Below are positions 1-8,345 of a DNA stretch of 64,000 nt, piece by piece; position 1 is the first letter of the stretch, and each line of letters begins with the position of its first letter. The notes beneath the pieces are model-generated. The model had not been told where the DNA came from. It made no database searches and saw nothing but the letters and a program-made list of their open reading frames with translations. Both the position numbers and the translations under genes were made by a program. The DNA is from Candidatus Eiseniibacteriota bacterium (lineage in GTDB: Bacteria > Eisenbacteria > RBG-16-71-46). Where the stretch lies: assembly GCA_041483195.1 (NCBI GenBank), contig JBGPFC010000003.1, positions 96,001 through 160,000 of the forward strand, in the 5' to 3' direction.

Positions 1-377
1 ACCTCGAGCCGCGAGATGATGATCGCGAACGCCACGATCAGCTTCACGTAGAGCCCGACCTGCGCGTAGAGCGTCGGCACGAAGGCCGCGAGCGACATGT
101 CGATCGCGCTCACCCACACCGCGATGATGATGGTGTAGACCGGAATCCGCACCCGGGGATGGATGAAGCTCCGCGCGATGGCGACGGTCGCGCTCGAAAG
201 CACCTGCACCAGCAGCACCGCGACGCCGAGGATGATGCCGTTCATCACCGTGGTGGTCACCGCGACCGCCGGACACAGGCTGAGCGCGAGGCGGAACACG
301 GGATTCTCGGTGAAGATCCCGTTCAGGATCAGCTGCCGCGCCGGCGGGGGCCCGGGATCTTGCAGCGCCGCGCTCAC
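1..377 (-). CDS. rnfE: Rnf electron transport complex subunit E (3' end truncated by window edge)
   Basis: Manual translation from GTG at 377, which overlaps the rnfG stop (GTGA): ...GIFTENPVFRLALSLCPAVAVTTT...HPRVRIPVYTIIIA...GLYVKLIVAFAIIISRLE. ENP/CP and RIP motifs match the RnfE/NqrD family. Not in the ORF track. Confidence 0.9.
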   Translation of the reverse strand, partial: MSAALQDPGPPPARQLILNGIFTENPVFRLALSLCPAVAVTTTVMNGIILGVAVLLVQVLSSATVAIARSFIHPRVRIPVYTIIIAVWVSAIDMSLAAFVPTLYAQVGLYVKLIVAFAIIISRLE

Positions 378-1207
378 GAGCCGGCTCCCAGCCAGGGTTC
401 GAGCAGCGCCCAGCGCCGCCGGAAGTGATCCACCGTGGACTTGAGACCCTCGGTGAGCGCGCGGCTCGAGATGGTCGCGCCCGTCACCGCGTAGATCGGC
501 CTCGCCCGCTCCCGCGCGATCAGGCCCGCCTGGCGCGCACGCCAGCTCTCGGCCGGAACGCGCGTGAGCTGCGCGAGCGCGGAGCGCCAGTCCTCGGGCA
601 TGGGATCGCGCGTCACCGCGAGCGCTGCGATGTTCGCGGCGTCGCGCCCGATGAACTGGCCGCCGAAGACGCGGGTCGCGACCTCGGCGCCGAGCCCTGG
701 ATCTTCCTCGTGCTCGACCACGCGCACCCCCGCGATCGAGAAGTCGCGGCCGATTCCCACCAGGAAGCGGATGCGGTTCTTGTAGCCGCGCGCGGTCCCC
801 TCGACCACGAAGCCGAGCGGCAGGCCATCGCGGCTCGCGAGGAACAGGCGTCCGAGCGGGCGCGCCGCGCCCGCGGGGAGGACCGCCCCGCCCGCGCCCT
901 CCTGCGCGACCAGCCGTCCGTCGAGCGCGAACACCAGGCGGCGCGCCGGCGCTCCCTCCGCGCCGAACGGGCGCGCCTCGTACACCACCTCGCCGCGATC
1001 CTCGGCCAGGAACTGCCGCACCTCGGTCACGCGGGCGGTCGAGTCCAGCCCGAGCAGCTCCACGATCGCGTTCCGCTCGCCCCGCGACTGGGCCGCTCGT
1101 GCGTAGCGCTCGGTTCCCACGTACACGCCGCCCAGCACCGCGGCGCCCAGCGCGCACACCACCGTCATCGAAGCGGTGATGCGCAGGGTCTCTTCGCGCG
1201 CGCTCAT
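374..1207 (-). CDS. rnfG: Rnf complex subunit G (FMN-binding)
   Basis: C-terminal part of ORF 374..2110. ATG at 1207 overlaps the rnfD stop. N-terminal TM helix, GYKNRI, HEEDPGLG and the flavinylation motif VTGATISS. Confidence 0.88.
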   Translation of the reverse strand: MSAREETLRITASMTVVCALGAAVLGGVYVGTERYARAAQSRGERNAIVELLGLDSTARVTEVRQFLAEDRGEVVYEARPFGAEGAPARRLVFALDGRLVAQEGAGGAVLPAGAARPLGRLFLASRDGLPLGFVVEGTARGYKNRIRFLVGIGRDFSIAGVRVVEHEEDPGLGAEVATRVFGGQFIGRDAANIAALAVTRDPMPEDWRSALAQLTRVPAESWRARQAGLIARERARPIYAVTGATISSRALTEGLKSTVDHFRRRWALLEPWLGAGS

Positions 1208-2184
1208 GACGGACTCGCCGCGAGCGCCACGCGCCGCGGCCGGAACCAGAGGTTGAGCGCGGGCACCAGCGCGTTCGCGAGCAGGATCGCGTAGCAGATG
1301 CCCTCCGGATATCCGCCCCACAGCCGGATCACGCCGGTCAGCGCGCCGATCACGAGGCCGAACACGATCTGCCCGCCGCGGGTGCTGGGCGATGTGACGT
1401 AGTCGGTCGCCATGTAGAATGCGCCGAGCCACAGTCCGCCGCCGAGCAGATGCAGCAGCGGCGCGCCGCTGAACGCCGTGACCGCAGCGGTGCCGGCGAT
1501 CACGCTGATCGGGATCGTGAGCCCGATGATGCCGCGCATGACCAGGATCGCGGCGCCGGCGATCACGAGCACCACCGAGACCTCGCCGATCGAGCCCGGG
1601 CGGAATCCGAGCAGCAGCCCGCCCCACTGCGCTCCCGGTCCCGCGATCAGGCGCATCGCCTCGCGCACGCCGTGCTCCTTGAGCGCGCCGAGCGGCGTCG
1701 GGGTCGTGATCGCATCGAGCGCGTGCGCGAAGCCCGCGCGCGGCGCGGCCCACCCCGAGGTCATCGCGAGCGGGAAACTCGCCATCATGAAGGCGCGGCC
1801 CGCGAGCGCGGGATTGAACAGGTTGAAGCCGAGCCCGCCGAAGATGGTCTTCGCGACCAGGATCGCGAACGCAGCGCCCAGCGCGGCGGCCCACCACGGC
1901 AGCAGCGGCGGCAGCGTGAGCGCGAGCAGCAGTCCGGTGCAGGTCGCGCTGCCGTCGCGCAGCGTCGAGCGGCGGCGCAGCATGCGGCAGCCGAGCCACT
2001 CCGCGCCCAGCGCCCCCGCGATCGACGCAGCGACCACCAGCAGCGCGCGCGGTCCGAACACGAACCCGCCCCACAGCGTGGCCGGCAGCAGCGAGGCGTT
2101 CACCCACCACATGATGCTGGCGGTGCTCTCGGCCGAGCGCAGGTGCGGACCGGGCGTGATCACCAGCTGGCGCTGCGCGTTCAC
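1204..2184 (-). CDS. rnfD: Rnf complex subunit D
   Basis: GTG at 2184 overlaps the rnfC stop. Motifs GPHLR, FGGLGFNLFNPALAGR, DAITTPTPL (FMN-Thr region), GSIGEVS, FYMATDYVTSP, GGYPEG. Confidence 0.93.
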   Translation of the reverse strand: MNAQRQLVITPGPHLRSAESTASIMWWVNASLLPATLWGGFVFGPRALLVVAASIAGALGAEWLGCRMLRRRSTLRDGSATCTGLLLALTLPPLLPWWAAALGAAFAILVAKTIFGGLGFNLFNPALAGRAFMMASFPLAMTSGWAAPRAGFAHALDAITTPTPLGALKEHGVREAMRLIAGPGAQWGGLLLGFRPGSIGEVSVVLVIAGAAILVMRGIIGLTIPISVIAGTAAVTAFSGAPLLHLLGGGLWLGAFYMATDYVTSPSTRGGQIVFGLVIGALTGVIRLWGGYPEGICYAILLANALVPALNLWFRPRRVALAASPS

Positions 2185-3545
2185 GCGATCACCCGCAGCG
2201 CCGCGGAGCGCCGCAGCGCACCCTTGGCGACCTGCATGAACTGCACGAGCGGACGCCCGGCCGGGCACACGTAGGTGCAGCACCCGCACTCGTAGCAATC
2301 GATCGCGCCGAAGCGTTCGGTGTCGAGCGGCTTGCCGGCCTCGACGCGCACCGAGACCTGATCGGGCTCGAGGCCGAGCGGGCACGCCTCGAGACAGCGC
2401 CCGCACTGGATGCACGGACCGAAGCCCTCTTCGAATGGGCCGCGCCCGGTGAGCAGCAGCAGCCCGTTCATGCCCTTGATGACGGGCAGGTCGAGCCGCG
2501 GCAGCGCGCGCCCCATCATCGGGCCGCCGGCGATGATGCGCGTCGTGTCCTCGGTCGCGCCGCCGCAGGCCGCGACCACGTCTCCGAGCAGCGTGCCGAG
2601 CGGGACGCGCAGGTTGCGCGGCTCGCGGATGCCGGGACCGGACACCGTGAGGATGCGATCGAGCAGCGGGCGGCGGTAGCGCAGCGCGTCGTGGACCGCG
2701 GCCGCGGTCGCCACGTTCTGCACCAGCACCCCCACCGCGAGCGGCAGCGCCCGCGCCGGCACGCTGCGGCCGGTGAGCGATTCGACCAGCTGGCGCTCCG
2801 CGCCCTGCGGATAGCGCGCGTCGCACGGCACCACCATCGCCCGGATGGGGCTCTCCGGCGCCTCGCCGATCGCGGCCTCGAGCAGTCGAACGGCCTCTGG
2901 CTTGTCGGATTCGATCCCGATCAGCACGCGCTGCACGTGCAGCAGCCGCGCCATCGCGAGCGCGCCCTCCAGCACCTCGCGCGGGCGCTCCATCATGAGC
3001 CGGAAGTCGGAGGTCAGGTAGGGTTCGCACTCCGCGCCGTTGACGATGAGCGTGTCGATCTCGGTCCCGGGCGGCAGCGTGAGCTTGCGCCACGTCGGAA
3101 ACGCCGCGCCGCCGAGACCCACGATCCCGGCCTCTCGAATGCGCGCGATCGCCTCGTCCGGTTCGATCGTGCGCCACGCCGGATCTTCCTCGAACGGCAG
3201 CTCCTCCGTGCCCTCGCCGGTCTGCCGCGCGATGACGATCGCGGGCGCGAGCACCAGCGTCGGGTGCGGGTGCTTCTCGATGGGCTTCACCTTTCCGGAG
3301 ATGCTGGCGTGAATCGGGACGCCGGTCGCGCCGCCGTCCGCGATCTTCTGCCCGCGCCGCACGACGTCGCCCTTCTTGACGAGCGGCGTCGCGGGTTCGC
3401 CGAGATGCTGCTGCAGCGGGAGTCGCACTTCGGGCGGGGTGGGCAGGATCTCGATCGGACGCATCGCGGTCCCGCCCTTGTGCGGGTCGGGATGGATCCC
3501 CCCGCGGCCGAACGTGTGGAGCGCGCTGTCGAGCATGGCGCTCAT
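2181..3545 (-). CDS. rnfC: Rnf complex subunit C
   Basis: ATG at 3545 overlaps the apbE stop. Motifs GGIHP, GIVGLGGAAFPT, NGAECEPYLT, YPQGAE, GGPMMG, and two 4Fe-4S motifs (CIQCGRCLEACP, CYECGCCTYVCP). Confidence 0.95.
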   Translation of the reverse strand: MSAMLDSALHTFGRGGIHPDPHKGGTAMRPIEILPTPPEVRLPLQQHLGEPATPLVKKGDVVRRGQKIADGGATGVPIHASISGKVKPIEKHPHPTLVLAPAIVIARQTGEGTEELPFEEDPAWRTIEPDEAIARIREAGIVGLGGAAFPTWRKLTLPPGTEIDTLIVNGAECEPYLTSDFRLMMERPREVLEGALAMARLLHVQRVLIGIESDKPEAVRLLEAAIGEAPESPIRAMVVPCDARYPQGAERQLVESLTGRSVPARALPLAVGVLVQNVATAAAVHDALRYRRPLLDRILTVSGPGIREPRNLRVPLGTLLGDVVAACGGATEDTTRIIAGGPMMGRALPRLDLPVIKGMNGLLLLTGRGPFEEGFGPCIQCGRCLEACPLGLEPDQVSVRVEAGKPLDTERFGAIDCYECGCCTYVCPAGRPLVQFMQVAKGALRRSAALRVIA

Positions 3546-4561
3546 CCGACGAAGTGGACGGCGAGCGCGTGCGGCCAGCCGTCGAATCCCGATGGCCCGA
3601 GGAGGAACGCAGCTGTGGACATGACGTCCGACTCGACAGCGGTCAAGGCCATCGCGCTCGCGCTGAGATGGCCCGCGGCCGGACGCCCGCGCCGCGCGTC
3701 GAACAGGTGTCCGACGCGCACGCCGGAGAGAATGCGGAACTGCTCGGTGTTGCCGCTGGTCGCGACCGCGGCGTCGCGCAGCACGAACACGCGGTTCACG
3801 CGCCGCGTGACCGGATGGAGCACGCCGATCGACCACCCCTCCGCGCCCGGCTCCGGAACGCCGAGGCCGAACACGTTGCCGCCGATGTCCACGAGTCCGG
3901 AGCGGACGCCGCCCTCGCGCAGCGCCGCGACCGCGCGGTCCACCGCCCAGCCCTTGCCGATCGAGCCGAGATCGAGCCCCGCTCCCGCGCGCGCGAGCGA
4001 GAGCGTGCTGGCCTCGCGATCGATCGCGATCTGCGACCAGCCGGTGCGATCGAGCGCGCGGGAGACGGCGCGGTCCTCTGGCAGGCGCCCGTCGCCGCCC
4101 CCGTAGTATCCGTAGAGCCGCATAAGCGGCAGGATCGTGGGATCGTAGACCCCGCCGGAGCGCTCGGCGGCCGCGCACGCAATCGCGATGACCTCGAGCA
4201 CCTCTTCGTCCACGCGCGCCGCGCCGCGCCCCGCCGCGCGATTGACCGCGGCGAGCTGGCTGTCGCCGCGATGGACGCTCATCTGCCGGTCGACCCGGTC
4301 GATCGCCTGGAACGCGCGATCGATCGCGCGTTCCGCGCTCGCGCGATCGCGATCGCGGGCGACGATGCGAATCCAGGTGCCGAGCCCTGCGCGGCCGCGC
4401 TCGACCGACTCCGCGCGCGCCCCGCGCGCGCGGGAGACCAGCGGCGCGAGCGCCGAAGCCCCGGCGAGCGCGCCCAGCCCGGTGAGGAAACGCCGGCGGG
4501 TGAGCCCGGCGCCAGCGGTTCCATCCGGCAGAAGCCTATGTCTCGGATCCAATTCCGACAT
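3542..4561 (-). CDS. apbE: FAD:protein FMN transferase (ApbE family) with twin-arginine signal
   Basis: TRRRFL Tat motif; DPTILPL, LDLGSIGKGWAVD, DIGGN, ATSGN, GHLFDAR, SDVMSTA. ATG at 4561 follows a G-rich RBS. Confidence 0.92.
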   Translation of the reverse strand: MSELDPRHRLLPDGTAGAGLTRRRFLTGLGALAGASALAPLVSRARGARAESVERGRAGLGTWIRIVARDRDRASAERAIDRAFQAIDRVDRQMSVHRGDSQLAAVNRAAGRGAARVDEEVLEVIAIACAAAERSGGVYDPTILPLMRLYGYYGGGDGRLPEDRAVSRALDRTGWSQIAIDREASTLSLARAGAGLDLGSIGKGWAVDRAVAALREGGVRSGLVDIGGNVFGLGVPEPGAEGWSIGVLHPVTRRVNRVFVLRDAAVATSGNTEQFRILSGVRVGHLFDARRGRPAAGHLSASAMALTAVESDVMSTAAFLLGPSGFDGWPHALAVHFVG

Positions 4562-4631
4562 GGACCCCCCCGTTCGAAACGTGGTCGGCCGGGCGTGACA
4601 TGAATGCCGCCTGGCGATGCCGCGGAAACCT

Positions 4632-4646
4632 TGCATGATTCATGCA
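4632..4646. promoter_or_regulatory. Perfect palindrome TGCATGA-T-TCATGCA, candidate operator in the apbE/ferredoxin divergent region
   Basis: 7-bp perfect inverted repeat, AT-rich relative to the background. A related half-site CATGAAT lies at 4599-4605. Confidence 0.45.
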
Positions 4647-4708
4647 CGAGAAATCCCCCGACGGGTCGAGGGGAGCGAATCGAGCGGCGTCCATGAAAGG
4701 GGGCATCC

Positions 4709-4918
4709 GTGGCACAAGTGCCTGAGTTCTTTGTAGAACCCGACCTCTGCACCGAATGCGGAGACTGCATCAAGGCCATGCCCATGGCCTTCCGCAAGGT
4801 CGAAGACGAGGAGCTCGCCGAGGTCTACAACGCGGAACTCGATGAAGCGCACCTGCCAAAGCTGGAGAAGATCATGTCAGAATGTCCGGGACACGCCATC
4901 CTGTGGCGCAAGAAGTGA
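4709..4918 (+). CDS. Monocluster [4Fe-4S] ferredoxin
   Basis: 69 aa, acidic, CTECGDC...ECPGHAI. RBS GAAAGGGGG precedes the GTG start. Confidence 0.9.
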   Translation: MAQVPEFFVEPDLCTECGDCIKAMPMAFRKVEDEELAEVYNAELDEAHLPKLEKIMSECPGHAILWRKK

Positions 4919-4926
4919 CGGGAACC

Positions 4927-5901
4927 ATGGACTCGATCGACCCCCAGGAGCTGCTCGCGACCGGCTCGCTCGAGCTGCGCGGGGACGGCAAGGCGGGTGG
5001 CGGGCTGGTGCTCGCGTTTCAGAGTCTCGCCGGGCTCATGCTCGCCGATCCCGATCTGCACGTTCAGGAGTGGCCGTTCTTCAGTTCGGCGCGGCGCGGC
5101 GCCGGCATCCGTTCGTTCATGCGCGTCAGCCGCCGCCCGATCACGGCGGCGTGCGAGGTCACGCGCCCATCGCTGGTGCTGTTGATGGACGAGGCCGCCG
5201 CCCGCTCGGTGGACTTCGCCGAGGGCGTGCCGCCCGGCGGCACGTTCGTGCTCAATACCCGCCGCAGCCCCGAGGAATGCGCGCACCACTTCCGCCTCTC
5301 GGGCCGCGTGTTCACGATCGCCGGCGACGACATCGGGCTGCGGCACCTGAAGGCCCCGATCGGAAACGTCTCGGCCTACGTCGCGGTCGCGAGCGCGATC
5401 GGCGGCTTCGCGTTCGAGCGGGTGATCGCCTCGTTCGTCAAGACGCTCGAGAAACGCCGCATCCCGGATGCTTTGATCGCGCGTAACCGCGAGGCGCTCG
5501 CCGCGAGCCGCGAGGCGATGCGGAGCGGCGTGTTCGGCTGCGCGCAAGCCGGCGATCACCGCGCGGCTCCGTTCGCCGGCTACGGCGAGCTGCCGATCGG
5601 CGGGCAGACCGCGCTGCGACTCTCGCGGACCAATCGCACCGCCGACTACGCGCGCAGCGGCTTCCGGCTGCGTTTCGAGGACCCGGGCACGGCGTGCACC
5701 GGCTGCGCGCACTGCATCACCAATTGCCCGGAGGGCATCATCCGCTGGAAGCCCGACCCCGAGCGCGAGCTGCTGGTGACCGGCGTGGACGTGAGCAGCT
5801 TCTGCAAGCTGTGCGGCGAGTGCATCGCGATCTGTCCCGAGAAGCTGTTCAAGGAAGCGCCGTACGAAGAAGCATGGAAGGAGGAGGCGGTCTCGTCATG
5901 A
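4927..5901 (+). CDS. 2-oxoacid:ferredoxin oxidoreductase gamma subunit fused to a 2x[4Fe-4S] delta domain
   Basis: ELRGDGKAGGG, PFFSSARRGA, VLNT; C-terminal CTGCAHCITNCP and CKLCGECIAICP. ATG at 4927. Confidence 0.88.
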   Translation: MDSIDPQELLATGSLELRGDGKAGGGLVLAFQSLAGLMLADPDLHVQEWPFFSSARRGAGIRSFMRVSRRPITAACEVTRPSLVLLMDEAAARSVDFAEGVPPGGTFVLNTRRSPEECAHHFRLSGRVFTIAGDDIGLRHLKAPIGNVSAYVAVASAIGGFAFERVIASFVKTLEKRRIPDALIARNREALAASREAMRSGVFGCAQAGDHRAAPFAGYGELPIGGQTALRLSRTNRTADYARSGFRLRFEDPGTACTGCAHCITNCPEGIIRWKPDPERELLVTGVDVSSFCKLCGECIAICPEKLFKEAPYEEAWKEEAVSS

Positions 5902-7220
5902 ACGACACTCAGACGCTGCTTCGCATCGAGACGCCATCCGGCGAGCGCTACGAGCACGCGATCGACCTCGAGCGCGTGAAGGCCGCGCACCGCGTGCTGT
6001 ACGAGGCGCGCGAACCGCTGAGCGCCGACGGCAACACCGCCGCAGCGCTCGCGGTGCTCCAGATGTGGCGCTGCATCCTGTTCGCGGGCTTCCCCATCAC
6101 GCCCTCCACCAAGTGGATCGAGACCGTGGCCGCGAAGATCGCGGAGGACGCGCATGGGCTGAAGCGCGTGAAGCTCCTCGAGGCCGAGCATGCGGTGGCG
6201 GACTACCTGGTGGGCGCCTCCGCTGCGTGCCGCGATCTCATCTTCCCCACCGCGACCAGCTCGGTGGGCCTCGATCACATGACCGAGACCACGCGCTCGC
6301 TGGGCGCATCCGGCCTCGGAAACGTGATGCTGGTGGACGTGTATCGCGCCACGGCCAATTTCCCGCTCTGCATCGAGGGCGACCCCTCGGACACGCTCGC
6401 CCATCGCGACGACGGATTCGTCCAGATCGCGTGCCGCGGCAAGCAGCAGATCTACGACACCATGATCCAAGCGCCGTGCGTCGGCATGCACCCCGAGGTG
6501 ATGACCCCGACCATGCCCGGCTACTACGGCATCAAGGACAGCCATCGCAGCGCGCGGCTCGTGGTCGAACCCGATCGCGAGATCCACGCCTTCCAGGATC
6601 GCTGGCTCCAGCCGTGCCCGCTGCCCGGGCTCATCAACGGCGACACGGCGTTCGGCAGCTGCGTCACCTCGCGCTGGTTCCAGGGCTTCAAGGTCTCGCA
6701 GAAGCGCCGCCTCGAGCGCGTGCTCGAAGTGCTTCCCGAGATCGGCGCCGATTTCGAGCGGCACTTCGGGCGGCCCGGGCTCGCGTTCTTCGACGCCGCC
6801 GGCTTCGAGCATCGCGACGACGTGGACATCGCGGTGGTCAGCATGGGCCCCGACTTCGGCACCTTCGAATCGCTGCGCGAGAGCTACCAGCGGCGCACCT
6901 CGCTGCGGGTGGCGGGGATCGCGATGCGGCTGCTCACGCCGTTTCCGCGCGAGGCCGTGATGCGGCGGCTCGCGCGCGCGAAGATCGTGCTGGTCGTGAA
7001 TCAGGCGCACCACACCGGGCGCGGACACCTCACGCTCGACGTGGTGGACGCGCTCTCCGACCTGGAGACGCCGCCCCGCGTGATGAGCGCGTTCGCGGGT
7101 CTCGGCGGCGCCGACGTCTCCGAAGGCACATGGGAGGCCATGCTCGACGACGCACGCGATGCGATGACGGGCGGCGTGTCGCCGGCGTGGCGCGTGTATC
7201 ACGAAGGGCGGACGCTATGA
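5898..7220 (+). CDS. 2-oxoacid:ferredoxin oxidoreductase alpha subunit
   Basis: ATGA overlap with the upstream gene. DGNTAAA, GFPITPS, EAEHA, TATSSVGL, conserved Arg (YRA), LLTPFP, AGLGGAD. Confidence 0.9.
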   Translation: MNDTQTLLRIETPSGERYEHAIDLERVKAAHRVLYEAREPLSADGNTAAALAVLQMWRCILFAGFPITPSTKWIETVAAKIAEDAHGLKRVKLLEAEHAVADYLVGASAACRDLIFPTATSSVGLDHMTETTRSLGASGLGNVMLVDVYRATANFPLCIEGDPSDTLAHRDDGFVQIACRGKQQIYDTMIQAPCVGMHPEVMTPTMPGYYGIKDSHRSARLVVEPDREIHAFQDRWLQPCPLPGLINGDTAFGSCVTSRWFQGFKVSQKRRLERVLEVLPEIGADFERHFGRPGLAFFDAAGFEHRDDVDIAVVSMGPDFGTFESLRESYQRRTSLRVAGIAMRLLTPFPREAVMRRLARAKIVLVVNQAHHTGRGHLTLDVVDALSDLETPPRVMSAFAGLGGADVSEGTWEAMLDDARDAMTGGVSPAWRVYHEGRTL

Positions 7221-8230
7221 GCGGCTACAAGGAAACCGCGCTCAAGGACAGCTGCTTCCGGCCCGGCTCGACGCTGTGCCCGGGGTGCATGGAAGCCGTC
7301 GCGTTCCAGAACGTGGGGCGCGTGACCGACAACGGGATCAAGACCATCTTCACCATCGGCACCTCCTGCGCCGAGGTCTCGACGCTCGCGTTTCCCAACG
7401 TCGTGGCGTGGGGGCGCGGCGACGGGCCGCCGCAGGACTTCCGCAAGAGCTTCTCGATCATCCACAACGTCTTCGAATCCGCGCCGACCCTCGCCGAGGC
7501 GGTGCGCGACGTGTCCGACCTGCTCACCGAGTGCGGCGCGCTGCAGACCCCGGTCCAGGTGATCTCGGCCAGCGGCGACGGCGGCGCTTTCGCGATCGGA
7601 CTGCGCGCGCTGCTCCACACCATTCATCGCCGCGCGCGTGTCACCATCATGGTGCTGGTCAACGAGATCTTCGCCAACACCGGCTTCCAGTACAGCCCCG
7701 CGACCATGCCGTTCGCGGAAACCAGCACCACCCCGGTGGGCCCCGACGTGCCGGGGAATCTCGAGCCGCCGCTCGACTACATCCACCTCGCGATCGCGGC
7801 CGGCGCCGAGCTGGTGGCGCAGGTGAGCCCCGCGCACGGCAAGCTGTTCGTGAAGACCGTCGAGCGCTCGCTCGCGTGCAAGGGCACGGCCGTGATCTTC
7901 GTGCCATCGCCATGCATCAGCGGCTGGAAGTTCGAGGACGGCGAGACCGTGGCGCTCGCGCTGATGGGCGCCCGCACCGGCGTCTTCCCAGCTTTCACGT
8001 GGGAGCGCGGCAAAGGCGGCAAGATCCTCGACTGCGAGCGCGAGGCGAGCGCGCGGCCGGCGCTCGAGGAGTTTCTCGCAGCGCAGCGCCGCTTCCAGCA
8101 CCTGGTGCGGCGCGATCCCGCGACCGGCGCTCCCACCGTCCGCCCGGGACGCGAGGGGGACATGGAGAAGGTGAAGGGCTGGGTGCAGCAGAACGTCGAG
8201 CGGCTCTACCGGCTGGCCGAGCTGAAATAG
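7217..8230 (+). CDS. 2-oxoacid:ferredoxin oxidoreductase beta subunit (TPP-binding)
   Basis: ATGA overlap. LCPGC, GTSC, GDGG...NEIFANTG (TPP motif), SPC. Confidence 0.9.
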   Translation: MSGYKETALKDSCFRPGSTLCPGCMEAVAFQNVGRVTDNGIKTIFTIGTSCAEVSTLAFPNVVAWGRGDGPPQDFRKSFSIIHNVFESAPTLAEAVRDVSDLLTECGALQTPVQVISASGDGGAFAIGLRALLHTIHRRARVTIMVLVNEIFANTGFQYSPATMPFAETSTTPVGPDVPGNLEPPLDYIHLAIAAGAELVAQVSPAHGKLFVKTVERSLACKGTAVIFVPSPCISGWKFEDGETVALALMGARTGVFPAFTWERGKGGKILDCEREASARPALEEFLAAQRRFQHLVRRDPATGAPTVRPGREGDMEKVKGWVQQNVERLYRLAELK

Positions 8231-8262
8231 GGCGCCGAGGCGAAGGCTGAGGCGTCCGTCGA

Positions 8263-8301
8263 CGATCGCGCGCGCGGATGCGTCATCCGCGCGCGCGATC
8301 G
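8263..8301. terminator. Perfect 18-bp hairpin between convergent genes (candidate bidirectional terminator or stability element)
   Basis: CGATCGCGCGCGCGGATG-cgt-CATCCGCGCGCGCGATCG; no U-tract. Confidence 0.55.
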
Positions 8302-8345
8302 CACTTCCGCATGTTCCGCCCCGCCGTGATCCGCCGGGGGTTCGC

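Noticed and set aside
1..377. Claim that this Rnf lacks RnfA and RnfB and uses the divergent ferredoxin instead
   Set aside because: The operon is cut by the window edge and the order rnfCDGEAB is common, so absence cannot be judged here.
5898..7220. Calling the OFOR oxalate oxidoreductase, or naming it porABCD
   Set aside because: It has FPITP rather than the OOR-type YPIRP, and the other motifs are too divergent to assign pyruvate specificity.
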